Virus genome (UHGV): UHGV-0204260
Source: a virus
Length of the DNA: 45,765 nucleotides
Reading direction: 5' to 3' (one strand)
Below are positions 31,567 to 41,740 of this stretch, in pieces. The stretch's first letter is position 1. Each line of letters begins with the position of its first letter. The notes beneath the pieces are model-generated. The model searched no databases and had not been told where the DNA came from. It saw only the letters and a list, made by a program, of their open reading frames with translations. A program made the translations under genes and the position numbers.

Positions 31567-31595
31567 AAGCCGCTTCATGCGGCTTTATTTATTTC
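31566..31595. terminator. Bidirectional rho-independent terminator (AAGCCGC-ttcat-GCGGCTT + T-run)
   Basis: Hairpin plus TTATTTATTT. It ends the tRNA island and abuts the 3' end of minus gene 31589-31963. Confidence 0.65.
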
Positions 31596-31963
31596 ACGAC
31601 CCGCAAAAGCAACTCATGCACAGGACGTTTTTCTTCCGTCAGCATTGGCCTGCCGAGCGGAGCCTGCAACTGAATGTAGTTTACGCATGAATCAATCGGA
31701 TGAGTTTTGATGTATTCTATAATCTCCAGCGCCTTAGCGTCAACGTCGGCTACGTTATACTGCCCATGTTTGCCAACAACATACAGAGAGAAATAGAAAT
31801 CACCGCCGAGTCCATCCATAACCTGCGTGCCGCCATTGGATTGCAGGACAATAAATTGCTCATTGCCATCTCCGGTATCATTCCAGAACTGCAACTGCGA
31901 AGTCCAGCCATCATACAATCCGGCATCCTGAAGATATGCATCAACCAGTTCAAGCATATTCAC
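31589..31963 (-). CDS. Tail terminator / tail completion protein (gpU-like position)
   Basis: 124 aa ORF between the gp10-like gene and the major tail gene. Assignment by synteny. Confidence 0.5.
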   Translation of the reverse strand: MNMLELVDAYLQDAGLYDGWTSQLQFWNDTGDGNEQFIVLQSNGGTQVMDGLGGDFYFSLYVVGKHGQYNVADVDAKALEIIEYIKTHPIDSCVNYIQLQAPLGRPMLTEEKRPVHELLLRVVK

Positions 31964-32373
31964 AGTTTCATCTCCTTCTTAATCACGCCGTCAACCAGGT
32001 CTTTTGTGCGTTGCGCTGCTTTGGTCAGGAATTGTGCCTCTCCTCCCGGACTCCAATACGTGCCGTTACCATTGCTGCGCGGCTTACCTGCAAGTTTGCC
32101 ACTGGCATTGTGAACGTACAGCGCATATTTTGCAGAGTAGCCAATTTTGCCAGTGATGCGCGTTCCGCTAACTTCCACCGTGTCAAACTGACTGTTAATC
32201 AGAGTCGATGTATCAATCGGCGTCAACGTGGCTGATTCGGTGCGGATGATGTATGTCGCCGATTTCAGAGCGCGCACGGCTTTCGTGGCGATTATCTCAT
32301 CCACAATCTGCGATGTTCTGGCTATGGCTTCGCGCACTCCAGTTAGTTTGGCTGGCATCTTATATCCTTGCAA
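31960..32373 (-). CDS. Head-tail joining / tail component (HK97 gp10-like, gpZ position)
   Basis: 137 aa. Size and position after the head-tail adaptor genes. Confidence 0.5.
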   Translation of the reverse strand: MQGYKMPAKLTGVREAIARTSQIVDEIIATKAVRALKSATYIIRTESATLTPIDTSTLINSQFDTVEVSGTRITGKIGYSAKYALYVHNASGKLAGKPRSNGNGTYWSPGGEAQFLTKAAQRTKDLVDGVIKKEMKL

Positions 32374-32522
32374 AATCTATCACCCAAGTATAACATTGAA
32401 TAGTCACGTAGGCGTGGAACCCGAAACGACACACAAGCAACAATGAATTTAACGCCCTTGTCAGTATGGTTTGTTGCAACCATGTTCCACCTGACAGGGG
32501 CGTTACCCTTTTGGAGGTGAGT

Positions 32523-33011
32523 ATGCTGACCGTTGAGAGACTTAAGCAGAAATTAATTTATAATAGTGAGACTGGTGTTTTTACGTGGAAGAAAGGAAGA
32601 GGTCCAGTAAAAGCTGGTTCCATGGCAGGAAGACCGCATAACCAAGGATATATCAGAATAGCTATTGATTACAAAGACTATCTCGCCCATAGATTGGCTT
32701 GGTTATATGTATACGGAGAGTGGCCGGAAAATGAAATTGACCACATCAATGGCATCAAGACTGACAACAGGATTATAAACTTAAGGCAAGCAACAATGGA
32801 AGAGAATTGCAGAAATGTTAAGGTTCATAAAAGAAATAGACTTGGCATAAAAGGCGTCTCAGAGAGAATTGATTGCAAGCTAAGATTTGTTGCTAACATA
32901 AGGATTAATGGATTAGTGACTTGCCTTGGTCATTACGAAACGGCAGAAGAAGCTAAGGCCGCATATGACAAAGCGGCGCTTGAGCATTTTGGTGAGTTTT
33001 TCAGATCGTAA
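32523..33011 (+). CDS. HNH homing endonuclease (free-standing, opposite strand)
   Basis: HNH motif IDHINGIKTDNRIINLRQ plus an AP2-like C-terminal region (NUMOD4-like N-terminus). Probable start is the ATG at 32523 behind GGAGGTGAG (track ORF 32466-33011). Confidence 0.8.
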   Translation: MLTVERLKQKLIYNSETGVFTWKKGRGPVKAGSMAGRPHNQGYIRIAIDYKDYLAHRLAWLYVYGEWPENEIDHINGIKTDNRIINLRQATMEENCRNVKVHKRNRLGIKGVSERIDCKLRFVANIRINGLVTCLGHYETAEEAKAAYDKAALEHFGEFFRS

Positions 33012-33353
33012 TCATGTTACAAGGGCAAAGTCTGGCGGCTCTGCCCTGTTGAAAGTTGAGCCGTAATTAATCACATTCAGAATCTGATTTGCGCCAGCCG
33101 CCAGCGGGTCAGCTTCTGTCACCGCGCCAATCATGATGTAATCACCTACCTTAGCGGCAGTGTATTCTGTCCAGAAGGTGTTCTTCTGCACAATCTCATT
33201 ACCTTTCGCATCGGTAGATACATCATCGTTAAAGCCATAATCGCACATGATGCTTACTGGCGCGTCAAAAGTTGGCTTGCCGTACTTGTCAGTGCCGCTT
33301 TTGTGCCAGATGGTGCACGGCTGCGTATAGCTCCAGTTAGCCAGAGAAGTCAT
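33012..33353 (-). CDS. Head-tail joining / head closure protein
   Basis: 113 aa ORF next to the connector-like gene. By synteny. Confidence 0.5.
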   Translation of the reverse strand: MTSLANWSYTQPCTIWHKSGTDKYGKPTFDAPVSIMCDYGFNDDVSTDAKGNEIVQKNTFWTEYTAAKVGDYIMIGAVTEADPLAAGANQILNVINYGSTFNRAEPPDFALVT

Positions 33354-33778
33354 TTACACTTACTCCCGCGCACAACCGCTAACCACGGTTTACCGCTTCC
33401 GTCAGGGTCTTCCACCAAATCGCCAGTGCATCCGGCTGTATCCAGTAGTTTCATCTGATTGTACAGCGCCACCCACGGCTTACTGCCATACGCGAATGAT
33501 TGTGATGCGCCAGAAGGTGCGCTATGACTGGTAACGTAGCGGCCAGCGGTATTTGCACTAATCAGGATGGAAGCCCACAGCATGATCGCATTTTGTCGGC
33601 ATTCATCATTTGGATAGTTCAGCTCAAGGCATTCACTGATTGACGCCACAAGACACAGAATGCCAGACGCATCTGTTGTGGTGATAGTCATCCCGCGCGA
33701 AGCCATCTGACTGACAAGTTCTTCAGGTGTTGGTGCTGTCATTTCTCTTTGACTCCCGTACTTTCCACCACATTTCAA
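33350..33778 (-). CDS. Head-tail connector (gp6-like) protein
   Basis: About 130 aa from the likely start MTAPTPEEL at 33742. By position. Confidence 0.5.
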   Translation of the reverse strand: MKCGGKYGSQREMTAPTPEELVSQMASRGMTITTTDASGILCLVASISECLELNYPNDECRQNAIMLWASILISANTAGRYVTSHSAPSGASQSFAYGSKPWVALYNQMKLLDTAGCTGDLVEDPDGSGKPWLAVVRGSKCK

Positions 33779-34007
33779 ACAGGTTCTTTATTACCAGAGA
33801 CAGCGCGCCAAGAATTGACGCTACTGCCGCCCACTCCGTCAGGCTGTGTGGAATCATAGCCTCAAAATAAGATTGCGTGACAGGTGTTTGTTCTGCAACT
33901 TTCAGGCCGATGCCAGTACCGATAGAAGCATAGCCAGCCTTATCAATCACCTGCCCTGTCGTTCCGCTTATAACTTGCTCCGCGGCCTGCCTTAGTGTTT
34001 CGTTCAT
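33723..34007 (-). CDS. Small membrane protein (94 aa, one C-terminal TM helix then a basic tail)
   Basis: A hydrophobic 22-aa segment followed by KVRESKRNDSTNT, which is a holin-like topology. Confidence 0.45.
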   Translation of the reverse strand: MNETLRQAAEQVISGTTGQVIDKAGYASIGTGIGLKVAEQTPVTQSYFEAMIPHSLTEWAAVASILGALSLVIKNLFEMWWKVRESKRNDSTNT

Positions 34008-34039
34008 TGCGAGTCTCGCTGATGATATGTTTCCAGCAC

Positions 34040-34480
34040 TTATAGATTTGAATCAGCGAAAAAACGATGGCGACCACGCCAAGAAAAATGTCCAATTTCG
34101 CCGCCCCATTTAAAAGTGATGGAAAGAATGAGCAGATGGATGCCGATAATAATAAATGCGTACTGCGCATGAAGCGGCGTTTCTACAGGCGTGATAAATT
34201 CCCATACGAATGACTCTATCGCCACCAGCCATTCGTAAAGGCTCATCGTCAGCACGCAGAGCGCCATCTTTGTACTTTTGCGCAGTGCAATAGCCGGAAA
34301 CAACCAGACCATAGACTGCGCAAGGTAATACAGATATTCGGCGGGAAATGAATCAACAAGCACCCATCCAAGATACACAGACATCACCATTGCCGGAATG
34401 AACACCAGAAACGCAACCATGCCCGTGCAGGCAAAACCCAACACATACATGATCATGATGGCAACATCTGCGCCGAACAT
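34040..34480 (-). CDS. Polytopic membrane protein (146 aa, 4-5 predicted TM helices)
   Basis: Several 18-22-aa hydrophobic stretches read directly. Start overlaps the upstream stop (TAATG). Confidence 0.55.
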   Translation of the reverse strand: MFGADVAIMIMYVLGFACTGMVAFLVFIPAMVMSVYLGWVLVDSFPAEYLYYLAQSMVWLFPAIALRKSTKMALCVLTMSLYEWLVAIESFVWEFITPVETPLHAQYAFIIIGIHLLILSITFKWGGEIGHFSWRGRHRFFADSNL

Positions 34481-34599
34481 TATTTCTTACCGCGCGATGG
34501 TGAACGGGTAGAGCCGTTTGGCTTCACTACGCCAGTTTTGCCGCCAGTTTTGGCATTGCCAGTGGCGCGCGAGCGAGACGGACCGTTTGTTGAACCCAT
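34480..34599 (-). CDS. Highly basic Gly/Ser/Thr-rich peptide (39 aa)
   Basis: MGSTNGPSRSRATGNAKTGGKTGVVKPNGSTRSPSRGKK. AGGAGA RBS 8 nt upstream. First gene of the minus late transcription unit. Not in the track. Confidence 0.4.
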   Translation of the reverse strand: MGSTNGPSRSRATGNAKTGGKTGVVKPNGSTRSPSRGKK

Positions 34600-34646
34600 G
34601 CTTAAGTCTCCTGTTGTTTGATTAGCATGATTTTAGCATATTCCTG

Positions 34647-34689
34647 TTGACGTAGATTAGCACGGCGTTTATAGTTAGTGACGTAGAAA
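34647..34689 (+). promoter_or_regulatory. Promoter/operator: TTGACGTAGATT (34647-34658) and GTGACGTAGAAA (34678-34689)
   Basis: Two motif copies in a divergent region. They drive plus island 34699-37063. Confidence 0.5.
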
Positions 34690-34698
34690 CAACAATAA

Positions 34699-35061
34699 AT
34701 GTTAGAGGCGATGGAGATGAAAGAATTTAAAGGCACGCCAGGGCCGTGGGTCGCAGATATTCGCGGGGGTTGCGCAGCTATTTACCCGTCTTGTCGAACT
34801 GATGACACACCTGGCTGTCACCACGACGATGACAGAAATATTGCCTTCTCTAGCAAGGGTGCTAAATACAACGGGATGCATTGGGAGATTGATAGCAGTG
34901 TTGAGCATGACTTTAATTTAATGGCAGCAGCACCTGAGTTGCTTGAAGCTCTGCAAAAAATGCTTAGCAAGGCATACAAACAAAACTGGAATGAACAATA
35001 CCCAGATGAATTGCTGTTAGCTGAAGAATCTATCAATAAAGCATTAGGAAAGAAACAATGA
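34699..35061 (+). CDS. Hypothetical protein (~115-120 aa)
   Basis: ORF. The true start is probably the ATG at 34708 or 34714 (GAGG/GGAG RBS). Confidence 0.55.
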   Translation: MLEAMEMKEFKGTPGPWVADIRGGCAAIYPSCRTDDTPGCHHDDDRNIAFSSKGAKYNGMHWEIDSSVEHDFNLMAAAPELLEALQKMLSKAYKQNWNEQYPDELLLAEESINKALGKKQ

Positions 35062-35867
35062 AAACACTAAGCAAAATCTATTCAGACAAAGAAACGCGCA
35101 ACGGCATCGCTGTCAACAAAACCTATCTCGTGCCAGTGGAGCAAATCTATCTGGAGCCGGGATATAACATCCGTGAAGCAGATGAGCAACACGTTGAATA
35201 TTTCGCGCAGTGCTGGGAATCGGGTCAGCCACTGCCAGCATTAACAGTTATTCCTGATGAGAAGGGTATTCGCATTCTTGATGGTCAGCATCGCTATCTC
35301 GGCGCATTGCGTGCCATTGAGCGCGGCGCACCAATCGTTCGTATTGAGTGTAAGGATTTCACAGGAGACGAAGCAGATAAAATCGCCTTCATGGTGTCAT
35401 CCAGCCAGGGGAAACAGCTCGACCCATTTGAGCGCGCAAAGGCTTACACGCGATTGAAAGGCTTTGGTTGGACGAATGAAGAAATCGCCAAAAAGGTAGG
35501 CCGCTCAGTATCTGACGTGCAAATGCACCTATCACTGGGTGATGTGCCAGCGGAAGTAAAAGCTCGCATCAGTGCCGGGCAAATCAGCTATGCAAATGCC
35601 GTAGCGGTAACCCGTGAGCATGGTGACGATGCGGTTAAAGTTATCGACGAGGCGGTCGAAGAAGCGAAGGCGCAAGGCAAAGATAAGGTTACAGCAAAGG
35701 TGCTGAAGTCGAAAAAGATTAAGCCAGTAGACCGCCTGATTGAGCTGTTGAAGCAAGCAGACCACGTGATTCTTCCCGCTGGCCATGAGTTGAAGGAGGA
35801 TGAGGAGTTTATCCAGATTCCTGTTGCTGACATTCACGAGGTTATGGCAATTCTGGAGAAGATGTGA
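35058..35867 (+). CDS. ParB-like nuclease domain protein (ParB/Srx N-terminal domain)
   Basis: 269 aa with the ILDGQHR motif and conserved acidic residues, and a helical C-terminal half with an HTH-like segment. Confidence 0.75.
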   Translation: MKTLSKIYSDKETRNGIAVNKTYLVPVEQIYLEPGYNIREADEQHVEYFAQCWESGQPLPALTVIPDEKGIRILDGQHRYLGALRAIERGAPIVRIECKDFTGDEADKIAFMVSSSQGKQLDPFERAKAYTRLKGFGWTNEEIAKKVGRSVSDVQMHLSLGDVPAEVKARISAGQISYANAVAVTREHGDDAVKVIDEAVEEAKAQGKDKVTAKVLKSKKIKPVDRLIELLKQADHVILPAGHELKEDEEFIQIPVADIHEVMAILEKM

Positions 35868-36073
35868 TGAATGAACATGATGATAAATTAATTGCAGGAT
35901 GGGGAGGCCCATTACTGGCTAAGAAAGTTCACTATTTCCGCGATGGGAAAATTATCAGTGAATGTGGGAAATGGATGTTTGGTGGAGGAAGAGAAGATAT
36001 ATCGGCATGGAAACCTGATGCAATATGCAAACAGTGTTTTAAGAAGTACGAGAAGATGGAGAAGATGTTATGA
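35864..36073 (+). CDS. Hypothetical protein (69 aa)
   Basis: ORF with ATGA coupling on both sides and a CxxC-like pair near the C-terminus. Confidence 0.5.
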   Translation: MMNEHDDKLIAGWGGPLLAKKVHYFRDGKIISECGKWMFGGGREDISAWKPDAICKQCFKKYEKMEKML

Positions 36074-36243
36074 CCCCCGAACAATTCATCGAAAAACAGC
36101 TGCGCGCCAAAATACCTGAAATCGACCAGATGGCAATTGATGCGGCAATTCAGTATTACAAGCGCAATCAGAGCGCAAAGAAGGGTGGCATTTTTGAAGA
36201 ATGCCTGAAGGTTGCAAAACAGCACATAATTAAGGTGAAGTGA
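36070..36243 (+). CDS. Hypothetical protein (57 aa)
   Basis: ATG at 36070 overlaps the upstream stop and the stop overlaps the next start. Not in the track. Confidence 0.45.
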   Translation: MTPEQFIEKQLRAKIPEIDQMAIDAAIQYYKRNQSAKKGGIFEECLKVAKQHIIKVK

Positions 36244-36782
36244 TGAAACTAAAAATCAGCAAATTATTACTTGAATCAGCATTGATATTTCAGGCGCGCA
36301 ACGATGTGCGGTATTACCTGAATGGCATCTGCTTTATGCCTGATGGTCGCATTGCATCAACTGACGGTCATCGTGCATTCATTGGTGGAAGCCATACCAA
36401 TAATCTGGCAGAAAATGTGATTATCAAGATTGGCAAGTCTCCAACAAAACGCTATGACTACGCCATCATTGATACAAAGTCGAAAATTGCAACGTATCAT
36501 GATGAAGCTGGCGCGATGGTTGGCACTGGTATCTGTGAAGAGATTAACGGGCGATTCCCTGATATTGATCGTGTGGTACCAAAAGAAACGAAAGCAGCAG
36601 AGGAAATTGGCTTCAATGCTGGCTATCTGGTTGATATTGAGAAAGTTGCGAAGCTGTTTAATCCTAAATTCTGTGGCGTCAAATTTGAACTGAATGGAAA
36701 CACAAATGCCGCAGTTTGCTGCCTTAGTGCGCCAACTGGCGAAACTGCGAAGATTGTTGTTATGCCGATGAGGATTGATTAA
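36243..36782 (+). CDS. Truncated DNA polymerase III beta sliding-clamp (DnaN) homologue, about half length
   Basis: Aligns by eye to E. coli DnaN residues ~150-366: DVRYYLNG, TDGHR, GRFPD--RV-P, and the C-terminus AKIVVMPMRID against AAYVVMPMRL. Track ORF 36240-36782 with a GTG/ATG start. Confidence 0.75.
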   Translation: MKLKISKLLLESALIFQARNDVRYYLNGICFMPDGRIASTDGHRAFIGGSHTNNLAENVIIKIGKSPTKRYDYAIIDTKSKIATYHDEAGAMVGTGICEEINGRFPDIDRVVPKETKAAEEIGFNAGYLVDIEKVAKLFNPKFCGVKFELNGNTNAAVCCLSAPTGETAKIVVMPMRID

Positions 36783-37063
36783 TGAGTGAAGAGATGAAGC
36801 CATGCAGGCTTTGCGGAGTTAAGCAAAGCGGCGTCGATGAACATAATAATGAATACGAAAAGTTGGTAAGTATTATTCTTCGCTCCGGAGATGAAAGGGA
36901 GTTACTTGAATTAATTGATATAATGAGGAGTAAGATAATAACATCTGTAACAACATCGGTTGGTAGCAGCAAGCTGGCATATGAAGACCGCGAACTTTAT
37001 CATGTTCAAGTCATGCATGACGCAATATCTTTACTGCGTGAAAAGCTAATTTCCAGACAGTAA
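36782..37063 (+). CDS. Hypothetical protein (93 aa)
   Basis: ORF with TAATG coupling to the dnaN-like gene. The CRLCG motif gives only one Cys pair. Confidence 0.5.
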   Translation: MSEEMKPCRLCGVKQSGVDEHNNEYEKLVSIILRSGDERELLELIDIMRSKIITSVTTSVGSSKLAYEDRELYHVQVMHDAISLLREKLISRQ

Positions 37064-37065
37064 AC

Positions 37066-37095
37066 CAAAGCCCCGTAAAGGGGCTTTTCTTTTAT
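37066..37095. terminator. Rho-independent terminator (AAAGCCCC-gtaaa-GGGGCTTT + T-run)
   Basis: Hairpin plus TTCTTTTAT at the end of plus island 34699-37063. Confidence 0.65.
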
Positions 37096-37913
37096 CACGC
37101 CAGATAGGTATCATCCTCAAACCACGAGACATACGCATTGATATTCTGCACTGCAGTATCCAGTGATGTTATGCGAAGCAAATACGTCGTATTTGGTGCC
37201 ATGATAATCTGCTCGCCGAGTTTCGCCTGCGAGTTACCCTGCCCCTGATTTGATGCGTTCCCCTCACTATACGTCGCTGCTACCGTCAGCTGCCCAATAC
37301 TTGTGATCGTAGAGCCAGTCAGAAGCTGCGCCGTAGCTGCCTGTGGCGTTATGTCGTTTGGGTTGTTAATCTCTGCCGCCGTGCCGCCAGTGGCAACTGC
37401 GCCGCGATAGATTGATGCAACAACACCTTTCCCTGTATAACCAATGATGCGCTGGTTAAATATCACCTGTTTTGTTCCGGTGATAAAGATGCTGTCAAGG
37501 TTAGCTCCGCCAGCGACATCGGTCACGCGACGCGAGGCGGTGAATAACTTTCCTTGCTTGTTGGCAAGCTCTGCATAGGACTGCGCGACAACCCTACTTG
37601 ATGGTACTGATGTGGCAGTTCGCCATACTAGGACTTTCAGAGATGCAATGCCAGCAGGTATCTGGGACTTGATCACCTTCAGTCGCAGCGCTACGCCATA
37701 ATAATTATTATTGTTAACGCCAACCCAGAAATCACCAGACGCGAACGGCGACACCATTACGGAAACAGACCCGCTTGTTAATGGCTCATAGCCACCGGAA
37801 GAATTTAGCGGCACAATCTGCACCTGTAATGCTGACCAGTCCGCTGACATGATTTCGCTAAGCAAAACCTCTCCGTCATCCGGAGTTGTGTTTATTTCGT
37901 ATCTTACAGCCAT
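37095..37913 (-). CDS. Structural protein (272 aa; head decoration or fibre-like?)
   Basis: ATG at 37913 behind a GGGGG RBS directly after a minus-strand terminator. Gly/Thr/Ala/Ser-rich. Track ORF 37095-37925. Confidence 0.5.
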   Translation of the reverse strand: MAVRYEINTTPDDGEVLLSEIMSADWSALQVQIVPLNSSGGYEPLTSGSVSVMVSPFASGDFWVGVNNNNYYGVALRLKVIKSQIPAGIASLKVLVWRTATSVPSSRVVAQSYAELANKQGKLFTASRRVTDVAGGANLDSIFITGTKQVIFNQRIIGYTGKGVVASIYRGAVATGGTAAEINNPNDITPQAATAQLLTGSTITSIGQLTVAATYSEGNASNQGQGNSQAKLGEQIIMAPNTTYLLRITSLDTAVQNINAYVSWFEDDTYLA

Positions 37914-37921
37914 AGAAACCC

Positions 37922-37949
37922 CCAATAAAAAACCCGCATTGTGCGGGTT
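37922..37949 (-). terminator. Minus-strand rho-independent terminator (ACCCGCA-caa-TGCGGGT + T6)
   Basis: The minus strand reads AACCCGCACAATGCGGGTTTTTTATTGG. It lies after the capsid gene cluster and may attenuate read-through. Confidence 0.55.
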
Positions 37950-37953
37950 CAGT

Positions 37954-38151
37954 TTACTCTGCTTTCTTTTTCTTTGTCGTCTTTTCTTGCGGGGTTGCGA
38001 CTTCGAAAGACTTTTCCAGTTCCGGCATGACGCGCAGCTTTGACATCAGATGATCAGCTGGTTCGGCAATCACCTCGCCAAGCTGCAATTCACGAATCTT
38101 GCCTTTCTCCTTAACAAATATTCCGCGTGCGATAACTTCGTATTTAGCCAT
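37954..38151 (-). CDS. Hypothetical protein (65 aa, Lys-rich C-terminus)
   Basis: ORF that ends just before the terminator. Confidence 0.45.
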   Translation of the reverse strand: MAKYEVIARGIFVKEKGKIRELQLGEVIAEPADHLMSKLRVMPELEKSFEVATPQEKTTKKKKAE

Positions 38152-38527
38152 TATTTACCTCCGAAAGATTCTGCTTAAGGAGATAACCCTCAAGCATCCA
38201 GATTTTATTTACCGCATTCTCTCTGGCAATCTTGCGACCAATTTCAGCATCGAAATTCTCTGGACTGGCACAGGCGCTTTCTCCGGTCACGGTGAATCCG
38301 TTTTTCAACACCAATACGCAGAATGTGATAAGTTTTAATGATTCATGGCTCGAACGCAAGTAAAGTGCTGACTTGTATTTTGCCCACCCACCATCTCCAC
38401 CAATGCCATCATAACCCGTAAAGTAGTGCTCACTGACAATGATGCCTTCAATGTGTTGTCCGGTTACTCGTGGTGCTTCACTGCCTTTGTCCTGAATCTC
38501 TTGCTCAATGCCTTTGCTGGTCATCAT
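38144..38527 (-). CDS. Hypothetical structural-module protein (127 aa)
   Basis: ORF downstream of the major capsid gene. Confidence 0.5.
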   Translation of the reverse strand: MMTSKGIEQEIQDKGSEAPRVTGQHIEGIIVSEHYFTGYDGIGGDGGWAKYKSALYLRSSHESLKLITFCVLVLKNGFTVTGESACASPENFDAEIGRKIARENAVNKIWMLEGYLLKQNLSEVNNG

Positions 38528-38539
38528 AACCTCTGATAG

Positions 38540-38567
38540 TTAAAAGGGACTTTCGCCCCTTTTTTTA
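38540..38567. other. Stable stem-loop immediately 3' of the major capsid gene (AAAGGG-loop-CCCTTT + T7 on the plus strand)
   Basis: Hairpin read directly. The T-run is on the plus strand but the genes here are minus-strand, so it could be an mRNA stability element or an antisense terminator. Confidence 0.4.
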
Positions 38568-39638
38568 TTACAGCGGAGTTTGCGTACCGTAGCCGTTGAA
38601 TACTTTGGACTTGCCAGTGAAATCCTTACGGATTTGCAGGCCCATAGCAGACCACACTAGGAAGTTAAAGTTATCGTGCGGGTTTGCACGGGCTGCCGCA
38701 TAGGTGGAAACAGGCTGAGCAACACGCGGACGGATGTACATGTCGTTGCGAACATAGCCAACGAAATGGTTGCCAGTCAGCAGGAAGTTGGTGCCAATCT
38801 TGCCAATACGACCATTGCCGAATTGCGTGATGTACTGCTCAACCGTGCCGCCTTTGAAGCCTGCTGCATTAGAATACGGACGCATGAAGCTGCGACGCAC
38901 TGCCGGTGAAACCCACAGAGTCACCTGCTCAAATACGTTCTGCGCATCCAGAATAGCCTGGAAATCCTGATTAAAGAATTTCACGATTTCGTCTGGCGTT
39001 GCGGTTTGCAGGTCGATATTCAGGCCGCCGGAAACATTCAGGTCGACCTGAACGGTGTTCGGGTGGTTGGTGATGCCGTAACCAGTGTAAACGCCGTTCA
39101 CGTTCAGAGTCTGGTCGCCAGTCAGCAGGTACTGCGCCATATCGGAACGCAGGTTAAAGGTGACGTTAGCCTGATCGTCCAGCAGCGGGTCGAAGCCTTC
39201 AGACTGCATACCCAGCAGTTCGCGCCATTCGCGGCTGTAGCCAGTTTTGAAGATTGGAATCACATCACCAGTGTAATCGTAGCGAGTTTTATCCAAATCT
39301 TCCGGTTCCTGACCAGACAGGGTGCGGACGACCTTACCAGCATCGGAAGCGATGCGACTGATTGCCACAGTCTTACCGATATTGATGTTTGCCGCGATGC
39401 CCATCAGGTCAGCCATCATGTCCTGACCAGCTTCGTTGCGGAAAACGCGGGTGGTAACGTTATCCACGTCGCGCCAGTAATCTTTCGTTACCAGTGCGGT
39501 GGCGTTAACGCCGTAAGTTTTTGCCAGCTCGGCTTCCGCATTGCAGAACACCTTGCGGTCGATGGTCAGATGTTTCCACTGGTCAGCCACCACTGCGGAG
39601 TTGGCTACCAGATCTTTGGTAAAAATAATCTTTTCCAT
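38568..39638 (-). CDS. Major capsid protein
   Basis: 356 aa, the largest head-module ORF, downstream of the scaffold/protease and the 155 aa head protein. Confidence 0.7.
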   Translation of the reverse strand: MEKIIFTKDLVANSAVVADQWKHLTIDRKVFCNAEAELAKTYGVNATALVTKDYWRDVDNVTTRVFRNEAGQDMMADLMGIAANINIGKTVAISRIASDAGKVVRTLSGQEPEDLDKTRYDYTGDVIPIFKTGYSREWRELLGMQSEGFDPLLDDQANVTFNLRSDMAQYLLTGDQTLNVNGVYTGYGITNHPNTVQVDLNVSGGLNIDLQTATPDEIVKFFNQDFQAILDAQNVFEQVTLWVSPAVRRSFMRPYSNAAGFKGGTVEQYITQFGNGRIGKIGTNFLLTGNHFVGYVRNDMYIRPRVAQPVSTYAAARANPHDNFNFLVWSAMGLQIRKDFTGKSKVFNGYGTQTPL

Positions 39639-39640
39639 TA

Positions 39641-41394
<1,754 letters not shown>

Positions 41395-41409
41395 CGCGTA
41401 GCTCCACGG

Positions 41410-41532
41410 TTAGTTTGTGGACGAATTATAACACAGGGAGATGTAGCACCATGAGGCGGTAGCCAGTGCAAATAATGGCGAATTGGTGAGTGCGTATAGC
41501 GTGAGAAAGTAAGTAATAGGGATTATATTCAT
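41410..41532 (-). CDS. Small hydrophobic peptide (40 aa)
   Basis: AGGAGG RBS 7 nt upstream. One or two TM-like segments. Not in the track. Confidence 0.35.
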   Translation of the reverse strand: MNIIPITYFLTLYALTNSPLFALATASWCYISLCYNSSTN

Positions 41533-41587
41533 GGGCTACCTCCTGATTAAATGATAGCAGCCCATGATGAACGAAAGATATACGGTG

Positions 41588-41740
41588 TTAGTCTGAAATT
41601 ACATCATCCATGAATGCGAGCGCAGCACCTGATAGGCAGAACAGTGCTCCATAGCAAATCACCTGGTACAGAGTGTCAGCCTCAAATACCCTTGCGAATG
41701 CGTAGGCTGATAATATCCACAGTAATGGAATCATTTGCAT
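41588..41740 (-). CDS. Small membrane protein (48-50 aa, two TM segments, acidic C-terminus)
   Basis: GAGGG RBS. Hydrophobic segments IPLLWILSAYAFARVF and ICYGALFCLSGAALAF. Not in the track. Confidence 0.35.
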   Translation of the reverse strand: MQMIPLLWILSAYAFARVFEADTLYQVICYGALFCLSGAALAFMDDVISD

